Shown here in pieces: positions 26,301 to 39,900 of a stretch of 64,000 nt of DNA (within the stretch, counting starts at the first letter, position 1; each line of letters starts with the position of its first letter). Where the stretch lies: contig JAAOMT010000012.1 of the NCBI GenBank assembly GCA_016748015.1, positions 1 through 64,000 on the forward strand. Reading direction: 5' to 3'. A model generated the notes under the pieces. It searched no databases. It was not told the origin of the DNA and was given only the letters and a program-made list of their open reading frames with translations. Source of the DNA: Geosiphon pyriformis uo1 (taxonomy: Eukaryota > Fungi > Glomeromycota). The position numbers were made by a program, and so were the translations under genes.

Positions 26301-27400
26301 AAACACAAAACACCAGGATAACTTCTGCTATACAATCTTTTTCTAACTGCAACTGGCAGCCACCTATATACAGTCTTTATCAAATATGTGTATAAATTGG
26401 CTGACTTCCTACTGGTAAACCCAGAAAACATGTGTGAATCAGGATGCCAAATTGTTGTAGTAATATTCCAATCTATTTTCTTAATTATAATATTCAGAAC
26501 TATATCAAAACCTGGACCAGTCTTCCAATGAGCACAGCATATCAACTGGTGTAAGTTCCAGGCAAAATGACAAATATTGCCAGATATGGCAGTTTCTTCA
26601 ATAACTAAAAACCTCTCCCAGATATTAACTGGCAAAAAAAAAGATGAGAAAGTAGTCTCATTAGCCAGTGCATCAGTCTTTATGTTGCCCAACACATCTG
26701 AATGTTTCTTAATCTTCACCCACTTAATTAAAATATTCTTGTCTTTAAAGAGATTGGTAATTTGTAATTTTTTGACCCAACATTGGTTACGGAAGTCAGA
26801 TGTAGTTAAAAAAGCCTCGGAAATACAAGCATCAATTGCAGATTGACTATCCGAATATAAAACCACTAAGCAAGAGAATGGAACACACTTCAAGACCAAC
26901 ACCACAGCTTGTAGTTCAGCTAAAGTAGAGGACAAAAGTCCAGCGACTTTAACCCCAATGCCCATATCTGCAGCTGGAAAGTATGCAGCAGCTCTACCTA
27001 TCACCCCACTTTTTTTAAAATAATAAATTTTGTATATAATTTAGTTTTTGGTTATAGAAAGCAAATTTGATTGTTTATTTTAAAACTTAGAATAAAGTTA
27101 AAAAAATTCAGAATTTTGTCAATAAAAATTTTAGCTCTGGTTAATAACAAAAAACTTTTTAATTATATTTTAAGTAAAATAATTTTTTTGTTTAATATTA
27201 AAAAAAATTATGTAATTTATTTAAAAAATAATTTTATTATTTGTTTTTTATTGCTATAAATAATATAATAAGTATTGTGATGTCTGTATATTGTAGTTTA
27301 AATTGGTTAAATAGCTAATTATATATAGTAAATATATTGTTATTAATTAAAATTTAAGATATTAATTAAAATAAAATTATTCTTATAATTTTTATTATTA
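23336..27400 (+). mobile_element. Heavily decayed LINE ORF2 (RT, RNase H, C-terminus, 3' UTR), interrupted by a younger LINE at 25626-27008
   Basis: ORF 23766-24023 (MQNILNIIDKFFNINNIAINSNKTVTISIN...KPYKYLKIY) is the AT-eroded equivalent of MQYILDIASEFFSINDIFINNDKTVVILIN...SYRYLGIF in the 39030-39680 ORF. Homology resumes after 27010. Confidence 0.75.
25626..27008 (-). mobile_element. 5'-truncated LINE (RNase H + C-terminal CCHC + 3' UTR + poly(A))
   Basis: ORF 26204-27004 has RNase H motifs (SSTLAELQA, LYSDSQ, WVKIKKHS, GNIKTDALA) and CLLCDKVEFSDHVFAC. T15 run at 25626-25640 is the poly(A) tail. Probable T-rich TSD at 25625 and 27009. Confidence 0.9.
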
Positions 27401-27499
27401 ATTAACATATATTATTATTTTGATTTATTACTTATTATTTTAGCAAATTATTTAAATTATTATTCAATTAATAATTTAATTTGTACTAAACACAAATAT

Positions 27500-28260
27500 A
27501 ATTAAATTATATAATATATTAAATTATATGACATTAAAAATTTACTAAAATATTTAATAATTTAACAAAATATTTAACAGTTTATTAAAATAATTTATAA
27601 TTTACAGAAATAATTTATTGTTTAACAAAATATATTTTTAGTTTACCAAAATATTAATAGAAAAAAAGTGTTAAATTATAAAATAGTATTATAATAAAAA
27701 AAAAGCTTTTTTTTTATAAAAATGTATTTTTGTTAAAATTAATCTTTACTTAAACTTAAAATATTTTTGTTATAAATCAATTTAAATAAAACTTATATTG
27801 AAAACATAAACTTTTTAAATTATTACTTTGAAACTTATTTCTATATACTAATATTTTAAAATTAATTAGTTACTAATTTTATTAATTATTAGTAATCTTT
27901 AAACTTAAATTCAAAATAACTTCTTTAGTATAATTTTTTATTTTTTTTCTTAATTATATTTTTTTCCATTATTTTTTGTATATTATTAGATAATTTACAG
28001 TCGAAATTTTTTGTAAAAAAATTGACTTTTATAGCAAAGTAACTATATATTAATTAAAAAACTTATAAATAAGATTTTTTTATAAAAAAGTTGACTTTTA
28101 TTGCAAAGTAATTGTACAAGTAATTGATATAAAATTGGCCAGTTTATTATAAATTCAACAGCACATATAGTTCAAAGTATAAAAAGATATTTTAAAAAAA
28201 GAATTAGCTTATTAAAAGTTTACTGACTTCTATTAACAATAGAATTAACAGTAAAATAAC
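27500..28260 (+). mobile_element. Decayed family B LTR
   Basis: ttgacttttatagcaaagtaactat (~28022, locally duplicated at ~28091) is the reverse complement of the 17115-17145 and 44030-44065 motif. Flanking similarity extends both ways. Confidence 0.55.
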
Positions 28261-29288
28261 ATTAATAATATTAAAAAAAGAGTAAATAAACTTTTAATAA
28301 TAACATAAATTATGTTTAATTTAAAATTTTAAGTAGTAATATCATATTAAATAGTGGTTAAATTGTATTTATTAATATTAATATTAATAAAAAAATTACA
28401 AGATATTATTATTATTATTATTTTATTTAAATAATATTATATACAAAAAAAGTTTGTAAAATTATTATAATTTATAAAATAAATTTAAAAATAACAAATT
28501 AAATAATATTAAATTAAAAAATAATATTTAAATTAAATTATTTAAATTATTTAAATATAATATAAAAAGCTAAAAAATATAATTATTATAGTTTAAAGTA
28601 AATTGTTTATTTTTAGTAGGTTTTTAAATAAAATTAACAGAGAATATATTAAGATTAAAACTAAAATTAATATTAATTTAAATAATACTTTATGTAAAAA
28701 TATTTACTTTAATTGTTGGCTTTTTAAAAGTATTAACCAAATTGTATTAAGTCAAAAATAAATATTAAATAGATAAATAATATTATTATAAATAATAATA
28801 TATTGGTGTAATTATGTATAAAATATCTTTTTAAAATAAATTTTTTTTTATAGATTTATGTAATTTAGTTTAAATAGGTTTATGTTTGGTTATATGTAAA
28901 AAATACATAAATTATTTTTAATTTAAGTTGACTTATTATATTAAATAATAATTGGACTACAGATTAAATAATAATAAAAAATATAATTAATATAATTTTT
29001 TTTACATATTTAATATATATATAATAGATTAACCAGAAATATATTGTTTAAAATATAGGATTGTTTTAACTAATTTAAATAACTGGTTTATATAAACAAA
29101 ACATAATCAAATTTTTTATTATAAAATTGTTAATATTTACAGAAAATAATGTATTGTTTAAAAAATCTGGTGTAAAAAATTCAGTCATTAACAGCTATTT
29201 ATTTTGAATAAAATACTTTTTTAATTCCGAAAATATAAAAAAACCAAAATAAGCATGACAAATTTAAAAATTAAAATTGATTTAAGCA

Positions 29289-29902
29289 NNNNNNNNNNNN
29301 NNNNNNNNNNNNNNNNNNNNNNNNNNNNNNNNNNNNNNNNNNNNNNNNNNNNNNNNNNNNNNNNNNNNNNNNNNNNNNNNNNNNNNNNNNNNNNNNNNNN
29401 NNNNNNNNNNNNNNNNNNNNNNNNNNNNNNNNNNNNNNNNNNNNNNNNNNNNNNNNNNNNNNNNNNNNNNNNNNNNNNNNNNNNNNNNNNNNNNNNNNNN
29501 NNNNNNNNNNNNNNNNNNNNNNNNNNNNNNNNNNNNNNNNNNNNNNNNNNNNNNNNNNNNNNNNNNNNNNNNNNNNNNNNNNNNNNNNNNNNNNNNNNNN
29601 NNNNNNNNNNNNNNNNNNNNNNNNNNNNNNNNNNNNNNNNNNNNNNNNNNNNNNNNNNNNNNNNNNNNNNNNNNNNNNNNNNNNNNNNNNNNNNNNNNNN
29701 NNNNNNNNNNNNNNNNNNNNNNNNNNNNNNNNNNNNNNNNNNNNNNNNNNNNNNNNNNNNNNNNNNNNNNNNNNNNNNNNNNNNNNNNNNNNNNNNNNNN
29801 NNNNNNNNNNNNNNNNNNNNNNNNNNNNNNNNNNNNNNNNNNNNNNNNNNNNNNNNNNNNNNNNNNNNNNNNNNNNNNNNNNNNNNNNNNNNNNNNNNNN
29901 NN
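29289..29902. other. Assembly gap (614 N)
   Basis: Run of N. Confidence 1.
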
Positions 29903-31033
29903 ACCGTCAAGGATCAGAGATTCGCCAATTGTCTCACGTCTTGGTGTCAAGCCCGTTGTATCATCCACGTAGTAATAGTAAAATTGCAAATGTGTACCTC
30001 CCGCTGCAAGGGCTAGAACAAATGGTAAGTTACCAAAGGCAAGTGGATTCCAAAATTGAAAATAATCATTCAGTTGTTGTGCTGCGTTTAATATGTTTTC
30101 CTTAATATCTTTTTCTTCACCAATCATTACAAGCAAGTCGTTGCAATAAACTGTGATATCTGGCCGAACGCTCTTATCTGTGATGGTACTCGTATCATTT
30201 ATTTTTCCATTACGTTTCCAGCGTAGTGATGGAGTTGCGAAACATTGGCCTAAAAGTGTAATCATGTCCAAAATGTGATTATTGATACCATCTGCGGTTC
30301 GTTGTTCTTGCCGAGGACTTTCGGTAAAGGACTTGCTGAAAATGGTAGTGACGATTGCTAACAATCTAGGAACATTGTAGAGAGGATCTGAATCTATAGG
30401 TACAAGATAATTCCCATAGTCCCGGCAAAGATGGGATATAGCTGGCAATTTTTGAAGTAACGCTGAGGTAAAACAGTGTTCAAGATTGCTGCGTGTGATT
30501 GGTTCATCGAAGGGAGGACAGAGAAGTTGTAGAAATGATAAGGTGTTGTCAGGCATGTCAAGTCTAGCACGCTTCGCAAGGTGTTCTAGAATAACCATAG
30601 AAAATAGAAAGTAATAAGCGTTATACACCAAATATTCTCTTAGATATGGATATTCCTTCCATAAAACGCATATGATTACAAAATGAATGAATAGTAATAT
30701 AGATTGTATGGATGGAAAAGTGGAATTTACAAATTTGTTACCTGTATCATCTATTGCTGCACGTAGTTTTTCTGCCCATTTTCGCAGCTCCTCCTTCCAC
30801 TCTTCCTTCTCTATCTCCAGCTTTTTTTCTTGCTTTTCCAGCTCTTGTTTTTCTTCTATCCACTTCTTCCTTTGGTTTTCGTCCACCTCCTCCTTCTCTC
30901 TCAGATTCTTCTTCAACTCTTCTAATCTATCTCCCTTCTCACCCTCCATAAACTTCTCTAGCTTCTCTACGCATCTCTCATAATGGGTCGTAGCCACCTC
31001 TAATTGATGTTCAATTCTGTCGACACTAGCCAT
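29903..31033 (-). CDS. Crinkler-like protein: N-terminal coiled coil + PD-(D/E)xK REase-fold domain, probably followed by a kinase in the gap; intron 30586-30741; 3' end missing
   Basis: Open frame from ATG at 31033 to the gap, GC-richer with CpGs retained. Motif SVRPDITVYCNDLLVMIGEEKD followed by WNPLAFGNLPFVLALAAGG, typical of CRN REase+kinase C-termini. GT..AG intron (ACAG/gtaac ... ttctag/AACAC). Confidence 0.75.
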
Positions 31034-32229
31034 GGTGTTTTGCGTGTTTGTTATGGTTTGGGAAGATATGGCATAATATATGTTTGGTTCGTGTCATTGA
31101 CATTTCAGATCTTTGATTTATCAGTATAAATTTACTATTTAGGTAACAAACCCACCTTTGTTAAATTATAATAATCAGAGCTGTATGCCTATAATTGTTT
31201 TTTTAATAATTATTGTATTGTGCAATATTCATTAAATTATTTTTGTTTTCTTAAATTAACATTATTATTGTTTTATCTATTTTAATATTGAATAAAATTC
31301 GTTTTATTATTTTAAAATAAAAATAATTGTAAGTTTTAAAATTGGAAAAAATTAAATATATTTTTATTATTATTTGCATATATATATGTAACTTTATATT
31401 AATTTTAAACTTATTAATAAAATTTTATATATTTAATTTATAAATAAAACAAATTTAATAATGTTATTTTTTATGTATTAATTAAATATAATTTAATTAA
31501 AACTTAAAATATGTAACAAAAATATTACTTACACATTTTTTATATATAACCAATAATTTAAATTTATATTAAGCTATATAAATTAATAAAACTATTTGTT
31601 TTTATTTTATTTAAGTATTTAACAATTTTTTATTTAATGCTTATTTAATTTTTTATTTTAAACATATTTATATATTTAAGTTCAATAACTTTTACATTAA
31701 TATTTAATATTTTTTACAAAACTATTTATTATTAATTTATTATTTTTATTATTTAAAAGACATATATTATAGTTTTGTAAATTTTTAAACAACAAAATAA
31801 TAATAATAATACTTTTAATTTAAAAAAATAATTTAAATTATTAAACACTAACAAATTTAATTATAAATTAATTAAAGTTAATTTTTATAAGTAAAATTTT
31901 AAAAATATTATTTTTACAAATATAATTTTTATTAATTTTAATAATTTTTTTGTTATTTATTTACTCAAATTTATAATATAAAAGTAGTTTTTTTATAAAG
32001 TTGTTAAATTTAATTTATTTTAATTATATAAATAATTATTTATATTTACTTCAATAATCAAAAAAATATTGTTTAAAAAAAATAATTTAAACTTTATTAA
32101 ACTTAATTTTTGTCTTTTTATTTATTTTGTTTTTTTATTAAAAATTAATCTAATAATAAAACTTTTAAACTTGTTTCTAAATAAATATTCAATTAAAATT
32201 TATATTATTTATAATATTTTTTTAATCAA

Positions 32230-33140
32230 ATTTATTTAAAAACTTTTTTGTCAGTATTGTAAATGTGAGTATTGTTGGCAATGTTAATACAGTCAAGTTT
32301 TTTAGTGTTTAATATTTTGATAGCAAGATCCATTCTGGTTATACCAGTTCATCTTTAGCTTCTCTGCAGTCCTATCTAATAAAGGCTTTGCATTGTCATT
32401 TGCTAGTCACCATGAGAAAAAGATTGTATGATTCTAAGTATTTTAGTATAGCATATATTAGGTATAGAATAGTTGAAGATTCTAATTACTTGTTTTTATG
32501 TGTGTATGATAACAATACCAGAAAAAATTTATTATCAAATACTAAAATGGAATAGTGTGTATTAATTAGTGATTTTGTTGTGGGAAATAAAGTTGTTTAG
32601 TTCTTGTATAAAACTGAATTGTCTGGTAATTTGTACAAGATATTGGCCAAAAGATTTGTCTTGAAAAGCTGAGTAGCTAAAACTGTATACTGTTTTGGCT
32701 TTGTATCTGGTGGCAATTTGGTCATCAAGTTGGTTTGCAGTATTGCTAAAAGTTATAAGTCTAGTGTTTAGTTATCTACTGTCAAATTGAGATCTTTTTA
32801 TAAAAAGCACAATCTTTTATCACATAATAGATTTGTTGTATCATCAGTTGCTAGTTTATTATCCTGTTGGCCCATTGAGACTATCTGTAGTTTCAGTATT
32901 AGGTTGAATATTTATATGTGCTTTGGTTTGTGTTCTCATCTATCTAGTTTAGACTTTGGTTTTTTGAGTGGTGTTTCTTTAACAGATTTTTTAGGTACAT
33001 AGTGCTGCTTTGACTGGTCCAAGTAACTGGTCATGTATAAAAAAAACATGAGCCATACTTAATTTAAAATTTTGTTTGATTTTATGTATTTAGGTAGTAA
33101 TTGAGCTATACTTGTAAAACTTCTAATAATAATAATAAAA
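32230..33140 (+). mobile_element. 5'-truncated LINE 3' end
   Basis: SGYTS...SLQSYLIKALHCHLLVTMRKRLYD relic (32336-32435), conserved 3' UTR (~33001-33125) and (TAA)n/A tail. Confidence 0.8.
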
Positions 33141-33959
33141 ATTATTTTAAAAAATAAAATAATAATATTAATTAGCTTTTATTTTAATAATATTTAAATA
33201 TTCTATTTTTATTTTTATTTTTATCTTGATTTTTAATTTTAATTTTATTTTATTTTTATATTATTATTTTTATCTTTAAATAAATATAAATTTTAATTTT
33301 ATCTTAAAAATATTTTTTAATTTAACTTTTAATAAAAATAAACTTTTTTAATTATTATTTTTTTTATAATAAACACTATTACTATTTTTATTATTTTTTA
33401 TATTATATTTTTGTTATTTTTAAATTTTACTTTTAATAAAAAATAAGTTTATTTTTTTAATATTAATAGTTTATTTAAGATTTAAAAAAAAATTTAACAA
33501 AATTTGATGATTTTTTGTATTTTGTTAATAATTATAATTAAAAACTATTGTTTTAATATATTAAATTTTTTTAATATATAACTTTAATATTAATTGTTTT
33601 TATTAAGCAAAATATTAAAAATAAATAAGTAATTTAATAAATTAAATAGTAATTCATATATTTAATAATTTTAATTAATATATAAATAATTATTTAGTTA
33701 AAAAATAATTATTTTAACAAAAAAAATCTGTTTTATTTGTTAAATAATTTAATATTTTTAATTATTTTTATATATTTTTTGAAATATTATTAATATTTTT
33801 AATATTTTTAAAGTTTTAATATTAAGTTATTTTACTATTTTTAATATATATAATTAACTAATTAATATTATATATTAATTAAAAAAATTTATTTTTATTT
33901 TTTTTATAAATAATAATAATATTATATTAAAAAAAACATTTCATTGTCTTTTTAATTTT

Positions 33960-36213
33960 ATAATCACAATTAAAGCAAAGAGTAAAAAAGCTATAACTAA
34001 TACTTTTTTTTAATATCTTATAAAGTTTTAACTAAAGAAGTTTTTTTTATTGTAAAAACAACTAAATAAAACATTTTAAAAGCTTTTTTTTAGTTAATAA
34101 TAATAAAAAACTGTTTTTAATAGTTACTAAAACATGTTTTGTATCTTTAACTGGTTTTTTACTAATCAAAATTTTCTTAAAGAAACACACTTGAAATAGT
34201 TCTAAAATTGTTTTTACTCCTTCTAAAAACCCAAAAGTTTTTAATAACAGACTAATTAATAAGCTAAATTTTCTTATTATAGTTTTTACACCTAGTGTTT
34301 TTAGTACTGTTTCTTTAAAAATAATGATTAAAAAAACCAAAGTTTCAAAAAAGTGGAAGCAGTTATTTGTTTCTGTTATTGTTACACCAAACTTTTTTGT
34401 AGTTCCAGATAAAATTTTGAATAGAATTTCTATTGTATTATCCAATATATTATCTAAGATAAATTAAGATTAATTACTAGTTGTATTATTAAATATGATG
34501 TCTTTCAACAGATTTTTATCAGTTATAAAAGTAAAGCAATTGTTTTCTATAAAGTCACCTGTTTTTAAAAACTAAATTAACCAGATGAAAACTAAATCAT
34601 TTCTTTTGTTAGTTTTTGGTGTTGCTACTAATAGTGCTTAGAAAATTATTATTAATTGTCAAAAATTTACTAAGTAAATAGTCTTTTTTTTGGTGCTTAA
34701 TACTACTTTTAAGATCAAATTGGCTTATGTTAAGACTGTTTTTCAGTTTGTACATGGTTTTTTGGATGTAAAGTTGGTGTAAAAAAACAATGTAAAGCTT
34801 TTTTGTATAGAGTTTGTTTTTTAGAAATCTTTAAAAGCTGTTTTTTTGATTGAGCTTATGAACTTTGTTTATTTAATTACTCTTAAAATTACCAAGTTTT
34901 TAGTGGTTTTTAAGACTAGTTCTTTTTCTGTTGCTATTGTACTATATAATATGTCTTTAAGTATATTTGCTATTAATATTATAATAGCTCTTATTGTGTT
35001 TAATAAGATTGTTTATATTATATTAAAATCTGTTAATATTTAATATATGTAATTATTTATTTTAATAAACTGAACTCTGCTGTGTTTACTTTGAATTATT
35101 GGTCAGTTTTAGTAAGTAAAAATAGTGTTAAAATCTTTTTCTTAGTAAATTAAAATAAAACTATTATATTTTATAATAGGTTTAAGACCAAGTTGATTAA
35201 TTTTTCTTCTGGTTATACTGTTTTTGAAATTAGTAATATAATTTTTCAGATTAATAGTCAGACATGTTTTATTTCTCACTTTTTTGATTTTAATCATTGT
35301 TTTTGGTTTGCTCTAATTATGTTTAAATCTTAAATTAATTTAGATATCACAGTTATTAAAACTAGTATACTAAGAAAGTATTATATATAATAAAAGACTT
35401 CTGAAAATTAGTGCTGCTTTTAGTGTTAAAGTTTAGATCATCTGACTTAAATTATAAAGTGTTTTCATTTTTTTCTTCTAAAATTTTCAAGACTTTTATT
35501 TCTTGTGTTGTTAATAACAAGTTTTATATCAAAGCTGCTGTTTTTGTGTCTTTTTAGCTTCTTGTTCTTTGGTTGGTTTAGCTTTTTCTGCTAATATAAT
35601 GATTAATAATTTTGTGGTTTTTTTTATTTGGCTTTTTGGAATTTGATTTGGCCAAGCTTTCTATTTTAGTTGAGTCTATTATTAAGCCAGTTGGTTTTAT
35701 AGTTACTATGTTAAAATAATTTATTAATAAGTATTTGGTTTTAAGTAGTGTTTTTAGTCTTAAAATTAATAAGATTTTAGTATATATAAGTATTTTTAGT
35801 AAGATTATTTATAAATTAGAATGGAAAGTAGTTGCTTTAAAAACTAAGTTTGGCTATAAAGATATTGATATATCTGGCTTCTATATGAGTTTGTCTGCTG
35901 TTAATAATAATATATTTTTTAATCTAATATTATTTTAGGAACATAAATCTGTTGCTATAAAGATTAATGCCTTAAAAACAGCTAAATAGCTAATTAAATT
36001 GTTTGATAATAGTGTTATATTATTTAAAACTATTTAAAAAATGTTTTTTTTGGATAAATTTTCTTTTAAGGTATTAATATAATATAGTTTAAACTGGTTT
36101 AAGTAACTGGTTACATATAAAAAATATGTAAACTATATTTAATATTAGAATATTTGGTTTGTTTCTAATTTTTAGATAATAATTAAGCCTTAATCATTAA
36201 AATTAAAAAAAAA
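33960..36213 (+). mobile_element. ORF1-only non-autonomous LINE derivative (HAL1-like), decayed
   Basis: Relic ORF homologous to LINE ORF1 (WSVLVSKNSV at ~35099 vs WSILIGKDIV; knuckle relic ~35410-35460) ends at ~36080. It is followed directly by the LINE 3' UTR and an A tail at 36205-36213, with no ORF2. Confidence 0.65.
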
Positions 36214-36966
36214 TTATATTTTTTGTTAATTTTCTAAAAATATTTTTTAGTAATTTACTTAAAATATTGTTTTTATATATTTTAAAAAACTTTGGTATTA
36301 TAGATAATTAATTTTATTATATTTTATAATTAATATTTTTTTAATATATATTTAAAATAAAAATATATATTTAATATTTTAATATAAACTTTTTTATAAA
36401 CAATAAAAATAATAAAATTATAATTAAAACATTATAAATAGAAAAAAATAATTTTAATAAATTTTTTTATTTTATTATCATTTGCAATTTTAAGTTAGAT
36501 AATTATATATAATTTTTATAAATAAACTTTTTACATAAAATTAAGTATAAACTAATATTAAAGAAACCTAAAACCAATAATTAAAGCATTATTAAAAATA
36601 CCAAAATTAATATTAGTTAAAAATTTTTAAATAAGAAATTATTTATTTAATAATTTTTAATAGATAGATAAATTTAAGTTATAAATAAAGACTTGATCTA
36701 AAAACTTCATTTTTATATATTATATATACAATATATTTGGATATTTATTATTATATAATTACTTTCTAATAGTAATTAATAATCTTTTATATAAAACTTT
36801 TATTAAATATAGTATACAAATTAATAATAAATTTTTATTATTATTAATTTAATAAGCACAGTCTAACTACTACCTAGTATACAGAGATACAGCAAAATGA
36901 CTCAAACTAAATATGATTCATGCATTTTCTACACATGACCAGCCACTTAAGCCCACCAAGACAGCA

Positions 36967-39900
36967 CTACATACTCACAGACATCTCTTTACCAATATCT
37001 AGTCCAGAAAAAAACAAACAATGTGTTCACAAGCCAAAGCTAACAGCAAAAGATTTAACAATCCCAAGTAGGTGGACAATACCATCAGACAGTAACCTGG
37101 AAAGACCATGGACTAGAATAAAAACCTCACCAGTATCACACACCTGTCCATTTTTCTCCATGTTAGCCCTAAATCTAGATCTTAATAACCACAAACAAAC
37201 ATGATAGTCTTCAGCAAAATGCTGAACAAAATCAACAACAATTAACAAGGCCTTCTTCTTGTTACCAAAAATAGAAACAGCTTTACCAATCCAATCCCTA
37301 AAAATGAAACCTTTGCATATTATAGCATACACACTGACATCTTAGGCCTTAGCCAGAATAAGCAGAACTGAAGAAGAGACTGAAAGAAGACTGCTCACTA
37401 AAGACTTCCACAACCCAACATAACTAAAAATAATCTCCAAATGCACCAATACATCCACAGGACAAATGAAAGCATGATCAGAGAATTCAACCTCTTCACA
37501 CATCAGACACAACACATTAGGATAGCAATGGTTGTACAGCCTCTTGTGAACAGCTACCGGCAACCTTTCATGAATGGCCTTTATTAAGTAAATACATAGA
37601 GCAGCAGACTTTCTGCTAGTAAAGCCTGCCAACATGTGTGAGTTTGGGTGCCAAACAGAGACTGTACATTTCCAATTAACGCACCAGAGAAATAATTCAC
37701 TTAAAACACTCACACCAGGGCCAGCTTCTCACAACATCTAACATACTATCCAATAAATATCCTGAATAAAGTGACAAGCATTCTTTAAAACAATGGAACT
37801 ATCTACCATGAGAAATCTATTATGAACCCTTACTGGAAGAAAAACCCCCATTTATGATGCACCACAAGCCAGAACATCTGCATAATCATTGCCAAAATTG
37901 CCTAAATGCCCCTTGACTTTTACTCATCTTACAGAAATGTTCTTCAATTTAATCAAATCAGAAATATGACATCTTTCTACCCAGCACTTATTCCAAAAGT
38001 CAGGCTGACCCATCTTATACTCAGAAACACATGCAGCCAAGGCCGCCTGACTATTTGAGTGCAAAACAACAGAACAGGACAATAGAACACACTTCAAAGC
38101 CAGTGCAATTGCCTATAATTCAGCCAAAATAGAAGATACTAGGCCCCGAATCTCAACCCCAACACCCGCATTAATCTCAGAAAAGTAAGCTGCCACTCCA
38201 CAAGCCATCTCAGCTGTACCAAGCTCACTCAGAGAGCCATCAGTAAAAATGTTCAGCTCCCTAGCCCATACCTTATGTAAACACTTATGAACGCATAAGA
38301 AAACACTTGACTCAAGAAAATTAGAACAACTCAAATCAGCCACATCACCATTAAACCCTGCCAAATGATCAGTCATATACATGAAAGCCTTATTAAACCA
38401 AACTGGTACCGGACCATAAGGACTTAGTTTTTTCCAATGCTAAAAAGTCTTCCAATTCATAACTTGACCACACTTAGACAGCAGACAGTCCCCAAAAGCA
38501 ACACCAAACCATTTCAAAGAATAAACAATGTCAAAGTAAAAAGTGTTACCCAAAATCTTAGACATTGGGAAGTGGCTAGAGCTGCAAAATGCATTAGGTA
38601 TATTGTTGTTTAAGGAGACTCTAGTATCCATGAAGATTTTCACAATTTCTGCCAAAAAGTTATTAGATGAACATACCTTTAACTTGACCAATAAGTGCAG
38701 AGGATTCACCAATGCCCAACCCAAGACCTGCAAATCCAGAGCACAATGAACAAACAGCCGACCAAGGATCCCAGATGCATTAGAAAATCCAACAACTGAA
38801 GCAATTTTGGCCTCAGTCTGCATTTGCTCAAAAAACTTCACACCATACAGAGATGAGTAATGCAAAGCTTCATTGGGAAAATCTTTCGACAAAAAGGCCT
38901 TGGCCTTAAGCCTCTTCCTAATCAAAACATCCCATTTACAACACACACTTTTAACAACAAAACTGAATTGCATACAGTAACAAATAATTGGCTAGAGGAC
39001 CATTGATACCAAGTATGAGAACTGCTTGTCTAACACAAAACCACATTTGAAAAAAACCTAACATCTTCATGAGCTTTAGCAAGACTTGGTCTGAAAAAGC
39101 CTTTCATAGATAAAAATATGCCCAAATATCTATAAGATTTACCCTTTTTCGTGATGAATATGGGTTGGCCACTAATATACAAAGAAACATCTACCACTCT
39201 CTGATTTATAAGTATTACAACAGTCTTGTCATTGTTAATGAAAATGTCATTAATACTAAAGAACTCACTAGCAATGTCCAGAATATACTGCATTGAAGCC
39301 ATGCTATTACTCACCCAAATCGTATCATCAACAAAAGCACCTGCAGCAAAAAAAAATGACACTTTACCATACACTTCAATTCTGTCCATCTTTGCCACAA
39401 AATTAGAATTAATCCTGTAGCTACACAAATGTTCTTGTCTCTTAACCTCACACAACAAAGAATCATAAAAAATTCTCCAAAGGAGTGAAGAAAAAACCTC
39501 ATCCTGATCCAGCCCATTATAAACCTTATAACCATCCAAAAGACCAAAGTCTGTTATTATCCTATTTATTCTGTTCTCATAAAAATTCCCAAAAAAATCT
39601 ATAAATCTGCTGCACATCTTGATGTGCATTAAACTGAATTTCAAATAATACCAACCAACTGAATCATATGCCTTGCGCATATCCTACAGGACCAGCCAAA
39701 TTTTCCAACCCTTCTCTAAAGCATCCTTCACAACTGAGCCAACAGCAAAAACTGGAGACTGGGTAGATGTATCTTTTAATACTAAAAAGTTATCGCCACA
39801 AAAAACATCAAATTTGCTACATACAAAAGATATTTGATCCAACAAAATCTTAAAAAGGATCTTCCTCACAGTCTCAATTAAAGCGATTGGTTTTGTGTTA

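Noticed and set aside
27400-29288. Centromere, origin or organellar insert in extreme AT tracts (also 31300-32200, 33140-33950)
   Set aside because: Contains LTR relics and no rRNA, tRNA or organellar gene signal. Best explained as end-stage decay.
29221-30016. Long ORFs 29221-29910 and 29255-30016, and the 583-aa length of 29282-31033
   Set aside because: Artefacts of translating through 614 N.
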